Of a stretch of DNA of 64,000 nucleotides, positions 39,168-51,856 are shown one piece after another. Made by a program: the position numbers and the translations under genes. Under the pieces are notes generated by a model, which did no database searches, was not told where the DNA came from, and saw nothing but the letters and a program-made list of their open reading frames with translations. Origin of the DNA: Somniosus microcephalus (Eukaryota); the NCBI GenBank assembly GCA_052327205.1, contig CM126204.1, forward strand, positions 126,046,001 through 126,110,000. Reading direction: 5' to 3'. Position 1 is the first letter of the stretch. Each line of letters begins with the position of its first letter.

Positions 39168-39365
39168 GAATTTGCCGACTCCCTTGGGATTCCGTTTTTG
39201 GAAACCAGTGCAAAGAATGCAACGAATGTAGAACAAGCCTTCATGACGATGGCTGCTGAGATTAAAAAACGGATGGGTCCAGGAGCGACATCTGGTGGTT
39301 CTGAAAAGTCAAATGTAAATATCCAGAGCACACCAGTGAAGTCGTCCAGTGGGGGTTGCTGCTAA
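39168..39365 (+). CDS. RAB1A: RAB1A coding exon 6 ([16 protein letters not shown]...VKSSSGGCC*)
   Basis: caacag|GAA; ETSAK G5 motif; C-terminal CC prenylation site; TAA at 39363-39365; the six exons total 618 nt = 205 aa + stop. Confidence 0.97.
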   Translation, partial: EFADSLGIPFLETSAKNATNVEQAFMTMAAEIKKRMGPGATSGGSEKSNVNIQSTPVKSSSGGCC

Positions 39366-40510
39366 GAATTTTCATTCTCCTAATAAATTTGATTTAATAG
39401 GCCCAAAAGTAAGAAACGTTGCCTGAATTGTACTGTGTGTAGCCACACTACTGCAGATTTGCCCCCCATTCCCCTTTCCTGCTCCCTTTCAGACACACAA
39501 TCGGGCAGTGAAAAGCCACTATTGGCTGGGATTTCCAACTTGAGACTAACTTCATTTTCAGAACTGTTTTAAACTTTAGAGCGTGCAGGTCATTAATAAT
39601 GTGCATAAATCTCATACCCGTTATCAGACTTCCTTGCGGTTGGTTTATATTATAAAAATTGATTGTTTATAATGGCATGTTTTAAATGTCAACATTGGAC
39701 CTCCTCTGAAGATGAAGTTTAGCCATTTCACATCGAGCAGCACAACAGTGTTTGTCATGTTCATTGACATCAATAAAGTTTAGTGAAATGTTATGTGTCA
39801 GACCTGATTTTGCTAGTACTTCCTGTAGCGATACAAGTGACGTACACTGCATTACCTTCATATTCTCTGCGTATAACTTGTGGCTGCAGGATATTGTAAT
39901 TTGTTGCACATATGTAACATTAAACAACTGAAGAAATGTTTAATAAATATTGTATTTACTAGAATTACTTTAGAACTAACGTGGTGGCTCAGAATGGTCC
40001 ACAAAGCTTCATAGCCTGCAAGACAAAATGGGCTAAATCGCTGCAGAGCTTTAAATGTCTTAATTATTTATTCTGCATATATCTCACTTATTGTATCTCA
40101 ATGTAGATTTGGTTGTGGATGACAGTTTTCAATATGTAGATCACTGGTTGTTAATGATTCCCATTTGCCTTGGAAAACGGCTTGTATTTATAAACTGCAT
40201 ATGTGAGCACAGGGACATTGCTCATTGAACAGGTGCTCTAAACAGGTGACATTTTTACAAGTGAATTTCATTTATTTTTGTGGATTTTTAGAAACTGTAC
40301 ATCTGGATACTGGTGGGTTGTTTTCTCCAGAAAGTTTCGTAAACAGTTACAGTATATCAGGCATGCTAACCATTTCATTTTTTAGAACTAGTCTAGGGAC
40401 CCATATAATTTGAAACAATTTAGTTAAAATATTTTAAGCATGGTTAAGGGTGATTTAATTCAAATTTATTTTTACTCATTCTAAATAAAATGCTTAATGG
40501 CACTTTTTCC
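39366..40510 (+). other. RAB1A: RAB1A 3'UTR with candidate proximal and distal polyA signals
   Basis: Repeat-free AT-rich stretch after the stop; AATAAA at 39942-39947 and 40484-40489, the latter followed by a U/GU-rich tract. Confidence 0.65.
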
Positions 40511-41606
40511 TCCACATTTCTTGGTTTATTTTGTATGTATTCAAATGTAAGTTTTTCCAATAGGTATTCACCGGCTTTTTAATTCCATAGAATTACATAA
40601 ACACCGTTTGACCCAACCAGTCTGTTTATCCTCCACATGGGCCTGCCTCACCAACCGCCCCCCCCCCCCCCCCCCCCCATCTCTAACCTCCTCCAACCCT
40701 AAAACTGAGACCTCTGCTCTCTAATTCTGGCCTCTTGCACATTCCTGATCTGTAAATTCTACTGGATGTTTTGTGCCAAAGCAGTGTTTCCAAATCATAA
40801 TTTCCTTTGTATTTGACTGAAAGACAAAGGGTAATCTTTTATGCAAGAGTAACCTCTGGTGCAGGATCAAACCAGAATCTTAAGTGTTCTTTCAAGTCCA
40901 TCGCTTTCAACTGTACAGCCTCTTTAAATTGATGTAACCTTATAGTGGACATGAACACGATTCTTCAAGCAATTGGGTCTTTGTTTTATTTGGCTTTGGA
41001 GCATCGTGAACGCCACTGTTCTTGGATTAACAGAACATTAATCTTCCTCTTTTGGATCCCTTGCTCCCATCAAGATGCAGGTATTGCTTGATTACTTTTT
41101 CCCTCTTTGCTCCCTCCCTCTCTTTTTGCCAAGTTGCATTATTCTAAAGCAAACTACTTTTTATTCCCAAGATCCACAAACATGCTAAAATAAGTTAAAC
41201 TATTTACACGCTGATTGATTAATAAAGGCAATATTTTAATAAAAATTCACATTACATCACACTACAAATCAATTTTTAGATGCAGCTTCATTTATAAAAG
41301 TAATTTTGAAATGGTTACAAAGACTCGTAACATCTAGCCACTCAATACAACTTGGGCAAGTTATTGTCAAGTTCAGATTTTTTTTAAATTAGCATTTACA
41401 CTACCTGCAGGACTTCATGCAATATTGCAGTAATCCAGTCACAAATTGTGCTACAACACTAGATGCAGAAAATAGATTTGTTGCAGGATATTGTGCTGTA
41501 GCAAATGATTTGCCTTATCAAAACTCACACATTTGGACTCTAGGAAGCTTTCACCACCTTCCTCTCCTTCATGGTGAATGTCAGTGTTGCCTCAAAGCAG
41601 AACTCC

Positions 41607-41950
41607 ACATAGAAGATAGGAGCAGGAGTAGGCCATTCGGCCCCTCGAGCCTGCTCTGCCATTTAATGAGATCATGGTTGATCATCCAAATTCATTACCC
41701 TGTCCCTGCTTTCTCCCCATATCCCTTTAGCCTTAAGAAATATATCTAACTCCTTCTTGAATATATTTAATGAATTGGCCTCAACTGCCTTTTGTGGTAG
41801 AGAATTCCACAGGTTCACCACTCTCTGGGTGAAGAAATTCCTCCTCCTCTCTGTCCTAAATGGCTTACCCCTTATCTTTAGACTGTGACCCCTGGTTCTG
41901 GACTCCCCCGCCATCGGGAACATCCTTCCTGTATCTCGTCTGTCTAGTCC
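41607..41950 (-). mobile_element. CR1 3' end (similar short CR1 ends ~33915-34175 +, 45670-45945 -, 48985-49190 +, 51210-51645 -, 62460-62835 -, 63490-63785 +)
   Basis: Near-identical to 27380-27715 (RRNFFTQRVVNLWNSLP plus tail). Confidence 0.85.
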
Positions 41951-44781
41951 ACAAACTCATGTTTGTGGGGTGGTGCTCTGGGACCGTGTGCCGTGGTTCA
42001 GTCTCTGCAGTTTCTCCTTGGCTAAGTGTCGGACCTTGACCATGTCATTGGGGGTTAGTATGGCGCAGAGGAAGGGAGCAATGGGATGATCCTGTCCCTT
42101 TTTCCTCTAGTTGGACAGAGGGGTACGTAGCCCTTCTGTTTATCCTCTATGGGACTGTGGAGGAGGAAGACTGGTTCTAAACAAAATCTATAGAATCAGA
42201 ATCCCTATTAACGGCCGATTACTCCAGTGCTTTTGAACTTATCTAGTAGCAACCAGCTTGCAGAACTGGAGTGGGGAGGGAAGTGTGCAGTAACACTCCC
42301 ACTTGTGTGGGGACTGATAATGCATCATTGGGAGACCTCAGCAGCAGGGAGTGTATACTAGACTCCCAACTCATGATAATGACAAAATGTCATCCATCTC
42401 GAACCTCAAAATGTACTTCAGGTTATGGGCTACCTATGGACAACGCCACAAGAAATCTACCTGCAATTCAAAATAGTGCAGTTTATAAAGAATGATTTTA
42501 TTCCATTTGCCTCTGGCCATCATGAATTATTTAATAACTTAAATTTGACCAGTTCAAAAGTATAATTAAAATTGTACCAAGTGCAGACTGCATAGTGAAG
42601 AGCTTTAAAAAAAAAAAAATAATAATTGCAGGAAACGTATACACCATTTGCTTGACCAGTACTTTTGTAAAAAAAAAACTGCAAATGCAGACGGACAGTT
42701 TTGTCCCAAACTTGAATTAAAAGGAGTTTCAGCCTCGTTGCTCAACATTAAATTGGATGATCCAAGTTCATGTGGTTTCATGCATCATGATGTTCCTTAA
42801 AGCCACTTGCCATCTTCAGTCTGGAAAAAACAATATTTGCAGTCATCAATTTTCTGTGATGGGTGTAATTTGAAGGTACTATAATATCCTGTAAACAGTT
42901 TTAAATTGAAGACCTCCAAAAGAAATAAGACTCTTAATTAGGTATGTTAATATTGCATTTACCAATTGTGTAATTTATTCATTTCAAACTGCTGATTTCA
43001 AAAATACCCCAGTAATTACCCACTGAGGTGACACTAACATTTTGCTCACATGACAGGAAATACTGGTAAATTGATTCCAACATCCTGTTTTCCACTGACT
43101 AGCAGCTGCACAGGAATGACTAGTTCCAATGCAGTTGACATGTACAGTACTGTGCTTTTTATAGACTACACCTGCAAACAAAACACCACTAAAGCCAGAA
43201 GGATGCAAAGTTAGTTTTAAATTCTTCAAAAAGACTTATGAAAATGTAGAATCCCCCAACTTTGGTGGTGATCATCTAGTTTTAGAAATCTCAAGCCGCT
43301 TCTATTGACATAAGTAATGTGTTTTACTAAGGAAAGGTACGTAGGAGACCAAAACAAGTTAGTGCAACTTTTTCAGGATGGAGATATTTACTCAATAGGT
43401 TTTACATTTTGAAATCCTGAAATCTTCAGTTCACAAAAGCAAAACAAGTAAGTTTTAAGCTCCATGCCCTGGGTCTTTATTAGCATAAAAAATCCTTCCG
43501 TTCACTGGTTTAAGGTTCCGATCATAGAAGACTGATTAAAAGGGGCTGGATTGGGATTTCTCAACTGTATTCAAGAGTTCTAAAAACTTGACTGCATATT
43601 CAAAACAAAATAGCCAAGCATCTTGCAAATGTTTTTGATGAACAAAGAAATTTAGTAAACTCTGTATCTAAATTCCAAACAGCAATCTTCTGACAAAAAT
43701 ATGTAAAAGTTTTAAATCCCAAATCAGATTTAATGCAGCCACATTTACTTGTTTCCTCCTATTCTCATTAGACTATTCCACTGGTTGACTCCGCTCCATG
43801 TTGCCCTCCAGTGGAATAGTTCATATAGTAGGAGGGGAGAAACATGTGTGAAAGTAAAAGCTGGTGTTTTTATTGAGGGAATGATTAGTGGTATAAAACT
43901 TAAAACTACATTTCTATTTTGGGGATTTACTTAAATATTAACTTGGAGGCTGTGATGTCCTGCATGCCACTTCCTGATTGAACATCCTGTACGCCCATTC
44001 ATAATCACCTACATGAATTGCACATTTACTGTTTCTCAGTAATTGTAAGTAAATGGGAGGTCAGGGAAAGGACACAGTAATGTTAAAGTAAGTGCATTTC
44101 AATCACTTTATTGGGTTTTTCTTGCCTGCATGTTTTGTGCTAATTGTTCTAACTCCACCATGACTGCTACCCATAGGTTGCCTAGTGGGAATCCCTCTCT
44201 TTGAGATATTTGGGAAAAAAAGAGGACCAATAGAGTAATGACTGGTACCTTTCGTACAGCCTATCAACTGAGTGGCCACTTCAGAGGGCAGTTTACAGTC
44301 AAGCACGTTGGTGTAGGACAGGAGTCAGAGGCAGGTTTCCTTTCCTAAAAAGGACATTGGTGAACAAGTTGGGTTTTTAATGACAACCTGACAGCTTCAT
44401 GGTTACTTTTACTGATGCCAGGTTTTTACTTCCAGATTTAAACAAAAAACTGAATTAAAATTCAGTGATTGAACAAGTTGGGGCTTTTTGGGAAAAGAAA
44501 GATATGCTGATCGGCTAAGATGAAGTAGGTGGAATGGGAGGAAACTCGTGTGAAGTATAAACACCAGCACAGGCTAGTTGGGCCGAATGGCCTCTTTCTG
44601 CTCTGTATACTCCATGTAATGTAATTCTACGTACAAAATTCTCAAACTGCCATTGAGATTTCAACTTGCATTCTCTGGATTACTAGTCCAATGACATCAT
44701 CTTGTATTTATATAGCACCTTTAACATAGTAAAAACATTCCCATGCACTTCACAGGAGTGTTCTAAAACAAAATTTGACAC

Positions 44782-44953
44782 TGATATACCTATCAATTCA
44801 TCCAATGAAAAGTGACGAGTTAAGATAGTAACTATAGATTTTTATTGGCTAAATGACAGAGCCCACCCTCGTGGGTGATCGGGTCCAACAAGGAGGAATA
44901 CCAGCCAGTCGACCACCTTTATACCTGGGCAAGCAGGCGGAGCCATGGGCGGA
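44782..44953 (-). mobile_element. Partial small LTR (gypsy-like?) inside an L2 relic
   Basis: Minus strand: GC boxes, TATAAAG, AATAAA, ends ...TATATCA; other end and TSD not found. Confidence 0.4.
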
Positions 44954-46308
44954 GGCAGCTGAAGGCACGGCCACCGATGGTGGAGCGATTATAATCAGGG
45001 ATGCTCAAGAGGCCAGAATTAGAGGAGCGCAGGTATCTCTCAGGATTGTGGGGCGAGGCCATGGAGGGATTTGAAAACTAGGATAAGAATTTTTAAATCG
45101 TTGCTTAACCGGGAGCCACTGTAGGTCAGCGAGCAGAGGGGTGATGGGTGAATGGTCTTGGTGCGAGTTCGGACATGGGCAGCAGAGATTTGGATGACCA
45201 AGTTTACGGATGGTAGAACGTGGGAGGCCGGCCAAGAGAGCATTGGAATAGTCAAGTCTAGAGGTAACAAAGGCATAGATGAGGGTTTCAGCAGCAGATA
45301 AGCTAAGGCAAGGGTGGAGTTGAGCGATTACGCTAAAATTAGTGTATATGGAGGCTCTGATTCCTAAAGGAAACTGGGACGACAGATCGAATAGGCACCA
45401 CTAAGATATTTGAATGCCTGACTAACTTTAATGTTGGCTGTCTCCTTAGAAGCACCCCAATCAAATGCTTTCAGTGGTATTACATGAAAGAAGGTATGCC
45501 AAGGTGACCTAGAGGCCAGCACTGCTGGATTTTCTGCATCCACCACAATACCACAACCATCTCTCCAGGAATTGTTACAGCCAGCATGGGGAACTGTCTT
45601 TAGTGTCTGGGCCATCAAAAGAAAATCCAGCCCAATTTCTACTTAAAACAAGAACACTGTTCTAGTTAAGAACATAAGGAATAGGAGTAGGCTAAACAGC
45701 CCCTCGAGCCTGCTCCGCCATTCAGTAAGATCATGGCTGAACTGCTACATCAACTCCACTATCCCTTGATTCACCATGAGTCCAAAAATCTATCGCTCTC
45801 AGGCTTGAATGTACTCAACAACTGAGCAGCCATAGCCTTCTGGGGTAGAAAATTCCAAAGATTCACAACCCTCAGTGAAGAAATTTCTCATCTCACTCTT
45901 AAATGGTCGACGCCTTATCCTGAGACTGACCCCTCGTTCTAGACAAAACAGTAAGTCGTATCGGCGGGAAAAACCAACTGAAATCTCCTAATCTTTAAAA
46001 CTAATTTCCCAGATTCTGATGATCCTGAACCAAGAGGATCGACACTTTCTACATCCAGCTATGTATGAAAATAACTTTAAAAATTTACATCCCAGCTCTC
46101 TGGTTTCAATGCAAAGTCATTTTTTGTAGAACCTTCCTCCCCCTTAAACTAAAATTCATGTAACAAGAGGTCGCTAGTGATGTAAATTAAGCTGAAAAAG
46201 ATGCAACAACACCGTGTGCATATTTTATAGCACTAACACAATAAATAAGCACAGCCCTTATTTCACCACATTCAGCAATTTAGGAAACAACATTCAAGGT
46301 GTAGTTAG

Positions 46309-46487
46309 TTATTTCTTTACCGGTGGTGACCGTCTCCCCAAGCCAGCACTTTCGAGTTCATGTTGCTTGGTCTCCAGGTCATTTTTGACTATGTTCATGG
46401 CTGCGAGGACAGAGGAGTACAGATGTGCAGCATGCCCGTTAAGTTGTTTGGATTGTCTTGCTATCAATTCGAGTGTTTCCTTGAGAA
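46309..46487 (-). CDS. CEP68: CEP68 C-terminal exon (VLKETLELIARQSKQLNGHAAHLYSSVLAAMN...RSPPVKK*); may instead splice at CCG|gtaaag (46321)
   Basis: catttcag|TT completes the codon left by the previous exon; resembles VLEDVLGRIAKQSGELESHADRLYDSILA; TAA at 46309-46311. Confidence 0.8.
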
Positions 46488-47179
46488 CTGAAATGGTAGC
46501 AGAGTGTTCAGAAAATCAGCGCTCAAAACAGCAAACATGACTGATAAGTAATCTCATAGTGCTGGAAAAGTGCCCAGACTGCAAAGGTTGTGCAGATTTT
46601 TGAGAAGTTATTTTAGCCTGTGTAAAAATAATTTATACATTATACAACCAATATCACAAGCAGATGATCTGGTCATCATCACATTGCCGTTTGTGGGAGC
46701 TTGCTGTGCGCAAATTGGCTGCCGTGTTTCCTACATTACAACAGTGACTACACTTAAAGTACTTCATTGGTTGTAAAGTGCTTTGGGACATCCTGAGGTT
46801 GTGAAAGGTACAGTTCGACATCTGCACCACCTCTTATGACTCCTCCATTGCCTGTGTGTTGTCAGATCACTTGCCTTGCAGTCTCCCATAACTCCCTCTC
46901 CTTTAAGACCCTCCTTACAATCCACCTCTTTGACCAAGCTTTTGGCCACCCCGCCGCCTTTGGTTCAGTGTTCATTTTATTTGACTATGCCTCTGAAGTA
47001 CCTTGGGATGTTTTTCTATCTTAAAAAAGGTGCTATATAAAGGCAAGCTGTTGTTATATTAAAAAGAAAAATGGCCATTCTATCTTTTCTTAAAATACAG
47101 ATGCTTGATTTTTATTTAATTATTTTAACAATCTGATCACCTTACTGATTTATTTTTTGTTCATATTTTCAGGATTTTC

Positions 47180-48955
47180 TTTTTATTCGTTCATGGGATG
47201 TGGGTGTCGCTGGCAAAGCCAGCATTTATTGCCCATCCCTAATTGCCCTCGAGAAGGTGGTGGTAAGCCGCCGCCTTGAACCGCTGCAGTCCTTGTGGTG
47301 AAGGTACTCCCACAGTGCTGTTAGGGAGGGAGTTCCAGGATTTTGGCCCAGCGACGATGATCGGTGATATACTTCCAAGTCAGGATAGTGTGTGTGACTT
47401 GGAGGGGAACTTGGAGCTGGTGGTTTTCCCATGCGCCTGCTGCCCTTGTCCTTCTAGGTGGAAGAGGTCGCGGGTTTGGGAGTTGCTGCAGTGCCTCTTG
47501 TAGATGGTACACACTGCAGCCACGGTGCACCGATGGTGGAGGGAGTGAATGTTTAAGGTGGCGGATGGGGTGCCAATCAATCGGGCTGCTTTGTCTTGGA
47601 TGGTGTCAAGCTTCTTGAGTATTGTTGGAACTGCACTGATCCAGGCAAGTGGAGAGTATTCCATCACACTCCTGAATTGTGCCTTGTAGATGGTGGAAAG
47701 GCTTTGGGGAGTCAGGTGGTGAGATACTTGCTGCAGAATACCCAGCCTCTGACCGGTTCTTGTTGCCACAGTATTTATGTAGCTGGTCCAGTTAAGTTTC
47801 TGGTCAATGGTGACCCCCCAGGATATTGATGGTGGGGGTTTCAGCGATGGTAATGCCGATGAATGTCAAGGGGCGGTGGTTAGAATCTCACTTGTTGGAG
47901 ATAGTCATTGCCTGGCACGAATGTTACCTGCCACTTATCAGCCCAAGCCTGAACATCGTCCAGGTCTTGTTGCATGCGGGCATGGACTGCTTCATTATCC
48001 GAGGGATTGTGAATGGCACTGAACACTGTGCAGTCATCAGCGAACATCCCCATTTATGACCTTATGATGGAGGGAAAGCCACTGATGAAGCAGCTGAAGA
48101 TGGTTGGGCCTAGGACACTGCCTTGAGGAACTCCTACAGCAATGTCCTGGGGCTGTGATGATTGACCTCCAACCACTACAACCATCTTCCTTTGTGCTAG
48201 GTATGACTCCAGCCAGTGGAGAGTTTTCCCCCCGATTCCCATTGACTTCAGTTTTACTAGGGCTCCTTGATGCCACACTCGGTCAAATGTTGCCTTGATG
48301 TCAAGGGTAGTCAATCTCACCTCACCTCTGGAATTCAGCTCCTTTGTCTATGTTTGGACCAAGGCTGTAATGAGGTCTGGAGTCAGTGGTCCTGGTGGAA
48401 ACCAAACTGGGCATCAGTGAGCAGGTTATTGGTGAGTAAGTGCTGCTTGATAGCACTGTTGACGACACCTTCCATCACTTTGCTGATGATGGAGAGTAGA
48501 CTGATGGGGCACTAATTGGCCGGATTGGATTTGTCCTGCTTTTTATGAACAGGACATACCTGGGCAGTATTCCACATTGTTGGATAGATGCCAGTATTAT
48601 AGCTGTACTGGAACAGCTTGGCTAGAATCGCAGTTAGTTCTGGAGTACAAGTCTTCAGCACGACAGCTGGGATGTTGTCGGGGCCCACAGCCTTTGCTGT
48701 ATCCAGTGCGCTCAGCCATTTCTTGATATCATGTGGAGTGAATTGAATTGGCTGAAGATTGGCTTCTGTGATGGTGGGGACCTCAGGAGGAGGCCAATAT
48801 GGATCATCCACTCAGCACTTCTAGCTGAAGATGGTTACAAACGCTTCAGCTTTGTCTTTTGCACTCACGTGCTGGGCTCCACCATCATTGAGAATGGGGA
48901 TATTCATGGAGCCTCCTCCTCCCATTAGTTGTTTAATGGTCCACCACCATTCCAA
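47180..48955 (-). mobile_element. LINE of the second CR1-like family, RT region
   Basis: KAVGPDNIP, LDIKATFDRVWH, GVPQGSVLGPTIFSCF, YKAQFRSVMEYSPLAW. Confidence 0.88.
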
Positions 48956-49452
48956 AATCTGTGACATTAACAAACCTCTGGCAGAAAGCTAGTGACATCA
49001 CTCTCCCACAAAAAGCAGTAGATGCTAGCTCAATTAATAATTTTGCATCTAAGATCAATAGATTTTTTTACTAGCCAAGGGTATTAAGGGATATGGAGCA
49101 AAGGCAGGTGGATGGAGTTAGGTCACAGATCAGCCATGATCTCATTGAATAGCAGAACAGACTCGAGGGGCTGAATGGCCTCCTCTTGTTGCATTGTACA
49201 TCATGATTTGGACCAGTGCGCATGAACAGTACCCACTGCAGACTAGGGAGAGGTAAAAAGAACTGTCCTATTTCTTTGGGAAGAACAGTAAATAAAATCT
49301 TTTGTCTCAGAGCCTACTACTAACGACAGGTTTTACGGTCAAAGGATTTTTTGAACTTTTATTTATAACCTTTTTGAAGAGTGGTGCAGATAAAAATAAG
49401 GCATTAAATATGAAGTACTGTGTTGTGTTTTTTACATATTGAGAGATTGTAC

Positions 49453-49549
49453 CTGGGGTGATGTCGGTCACTGACTTGAACAAGATTTCGCCACATTTTA
49501 ATACAGATTCAGTCAGCTCTCGGTGTTCATTAACATCACTCTTAAAAGC
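49453..49549 (-). CDS. CEP68: CEP68 exon ([32 protein letters not shown])
   Basis: cttacag|GCT ... CCA G|gtacaa; 97 nt; resembles FKKDIDEHQSLTESVLQKGEILL. Confidence 0.88.
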
Positions 49550-51047
49550 CTGTAAGTAGAGACACACAAAACTCAACTTTATACACAAGAAAAATCAAAC
49601 GCTGCTTTTATTATACAGCACATAAACTCGTCACTCTAACACAATCTGCTCACTTGGTGACTTTCTGCCCAGTTCCTCTCTGGACCCACCTACCTGTCGA
49701 ACTCACAGCAGGTCAAAGGTCGGTCGTCTCTCCCCCACCCAGAGCAGTATGTATGTATGCATACAATGTTCTTGCACATCCAGGCCATCAACCCCCCCCC
49801 CCAACTGAGACAGTTAGCTTGGCTGATGTCCTAACTCACTCCCCCTCACCCCATCCCGGGGGTTGGCTACAGCAGGAAGACAAGGGGAGGAGTAGGGAGA
49901 GGGGGAAGAGGGAAAGGGGGAGAGGGAAAAGGGAGAAACAGAAAGGGAGAGTTTAGAGTAGGAGTACAAGATGAGGGAGAACATCAAAATGACACCGTCC
50001 CCATCTCTTCCCCCTTGATCTACTCTGTCAACCCTCTCCTCCCCTCGCCCCTTCCCTCCCATTTTCCTGCTCTCCCCTCATCCCCTTCCCTCCTCTAAGC
50101 TCACAACCTAAAAATAACACTTAGAGTTGAGTCCTTATGTGCAACACCACAGGAGACTTCAAGGGCAATTAGGGATGGGCAATAAATGCTGGCCTTGCCA
50201 GCGATGCCCACATCCCATGAATGAATTTTTAAAAATCGACTGGTGATACATTAATAATCTTACACATCGCCTTGCACTTCCCATGTCCATGATTATAGTG
50301 CCACAGCTGGCGGGAGGGTGCATTTACCGAGTGACTTCAGCAGTTTCCGTTATATAAGAACTATATAATGGAATATAAAAATGACAATGTATAACTTTGA
50401 AAAGGGGACTGAATCACATCTGTGCGCCATGGTCCAAATATCCCCTGCCCTCTAACCCTGCTTCACCTGAAGACTACACCTGGTCTTGACTCTCTGTACA
50501 ACACCAAGGGAGATTGATTAGCGATTAATTAATTATCACATCAGTATTGTAAACATACCTGATCGGTTTATTCATAGACTGTTCCAAAGCAGTCGGAACT
50601 ATTGCTGTTTGTGGGAGCTTGCTGTGCGCAAATTGGCTGCCATGTTTCCCACATTACAACAGTGACTACATTTCAAACGTACTTCACTGGCTGTGAAGCG
50701 CTTTGGGATGTCCCGAGGTTGTGAAACGCGCTGTATAAATACAAGTCTTCCTTTTACGATCAAAAAACAAAAAAGTTTTTTTACATTTCTGGCTGATCAG
50801 CTAAGCAACTGGTACGAGTTGAAGAAAGTAAATTGGCCTGAGCAAGACATCAGGATGATACGAAGCACGACGTCAAACAGACAGGGCTAACCAAAAGTCA
50901 GTGCAAGATTCGTGATGGCTCAGGCTCAATGTAGCCGAATGTTTTTAAAAAATCCGTAAAGTATTCTTTCAGGGAAAACAAAAATCTTGAATGGTACAAT
51001 TTACGAAACTAACTTTCAAAAGCAAAAGCATAATGGGAGCCACTTAC

Positions 51048-51170
51048 CAGGCATACATCCAGAGAGGACTTTATGCTTTCCATCTCAGGCTGTGGTGGGA
51101 TCCAGTTGTCCATGGTCTCAGCAGCTTCATACAACCACTGAACCATTTCTTCCAGTTTAGTGCTGAAGTT
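51048..51170 (-). CDS. CEP68: CEP68 exon ([41 protein letters not shown])
   Basis: aaatag|AAC ... CTG|gtaagt; 123 nt, phase 0; resembles the CEP68 spectrin-repeat region (LEELICWLY). Confidence 0.88.
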
Positions 51171-51856
51171 CTATTTGAACAAAACATCTACTCAGCTACA
51201 CAAAATTGCAAAGAAACAGGCCATTCGGCCCAACTAGTCAGTGCTGGTGTTTATGTTCCACACGAGTCTCCTCCCATTCCATCTGCCTCATCTCAGCCTT
51301 TCAGCATATCTTTCTATTCCCTTTTCTCCCATGTACTCGTCTAGTTTCCTTTTGAAAGCATCTAAGCTATTCGCCTCAACCACTTCCTGTGGTAGCGAGT
51401 TCCACATTCTAACCACACTCCTGTAAATAAATGTCTCCTTATTTCCCCGATTAGAATCATTAGTAACTATCTTGTATTGATGGCCCCTAGTTTTGGATTC
51501 TCCCACAAAGGGAAACTTTCTCTCCACATCTACCCTCCCAACCTATTCATCATTTTAAAGACCTCCAGAGAAGAGAAGATTTAGAGGTGACATGATTAAA
51601 GAAAAAATATGCCCAACCTATTCAATCTTTCCCGATAGCTGTAGAGGAAATTGTGGCGAATACAGCAGGCCAGCACACTTCAGATAGATCCTCATTAGCA
51701 CTTTTCTCAGTTTAAAAAAGACAAAACACATTTCAAAATTAAAACCATTGCAACTAGAATTTCATCTATTAATTTGCTTTTGGTTTCCAGATTGCTTAAT
51801 TCAATAATTTTGTGCAAGCAACTTTATTCTGCTTTCAAAGAAATGTAATGTTTTAC

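Noticed and set aside
41950-42230. GC-richer unexplained stretch next to a CR1 end (processed gene fragment?)
   Set aside because: The three minus-strand frames I read are interrupted, the ORF track shows nothing here, and I found no recognisable motif or TSD.
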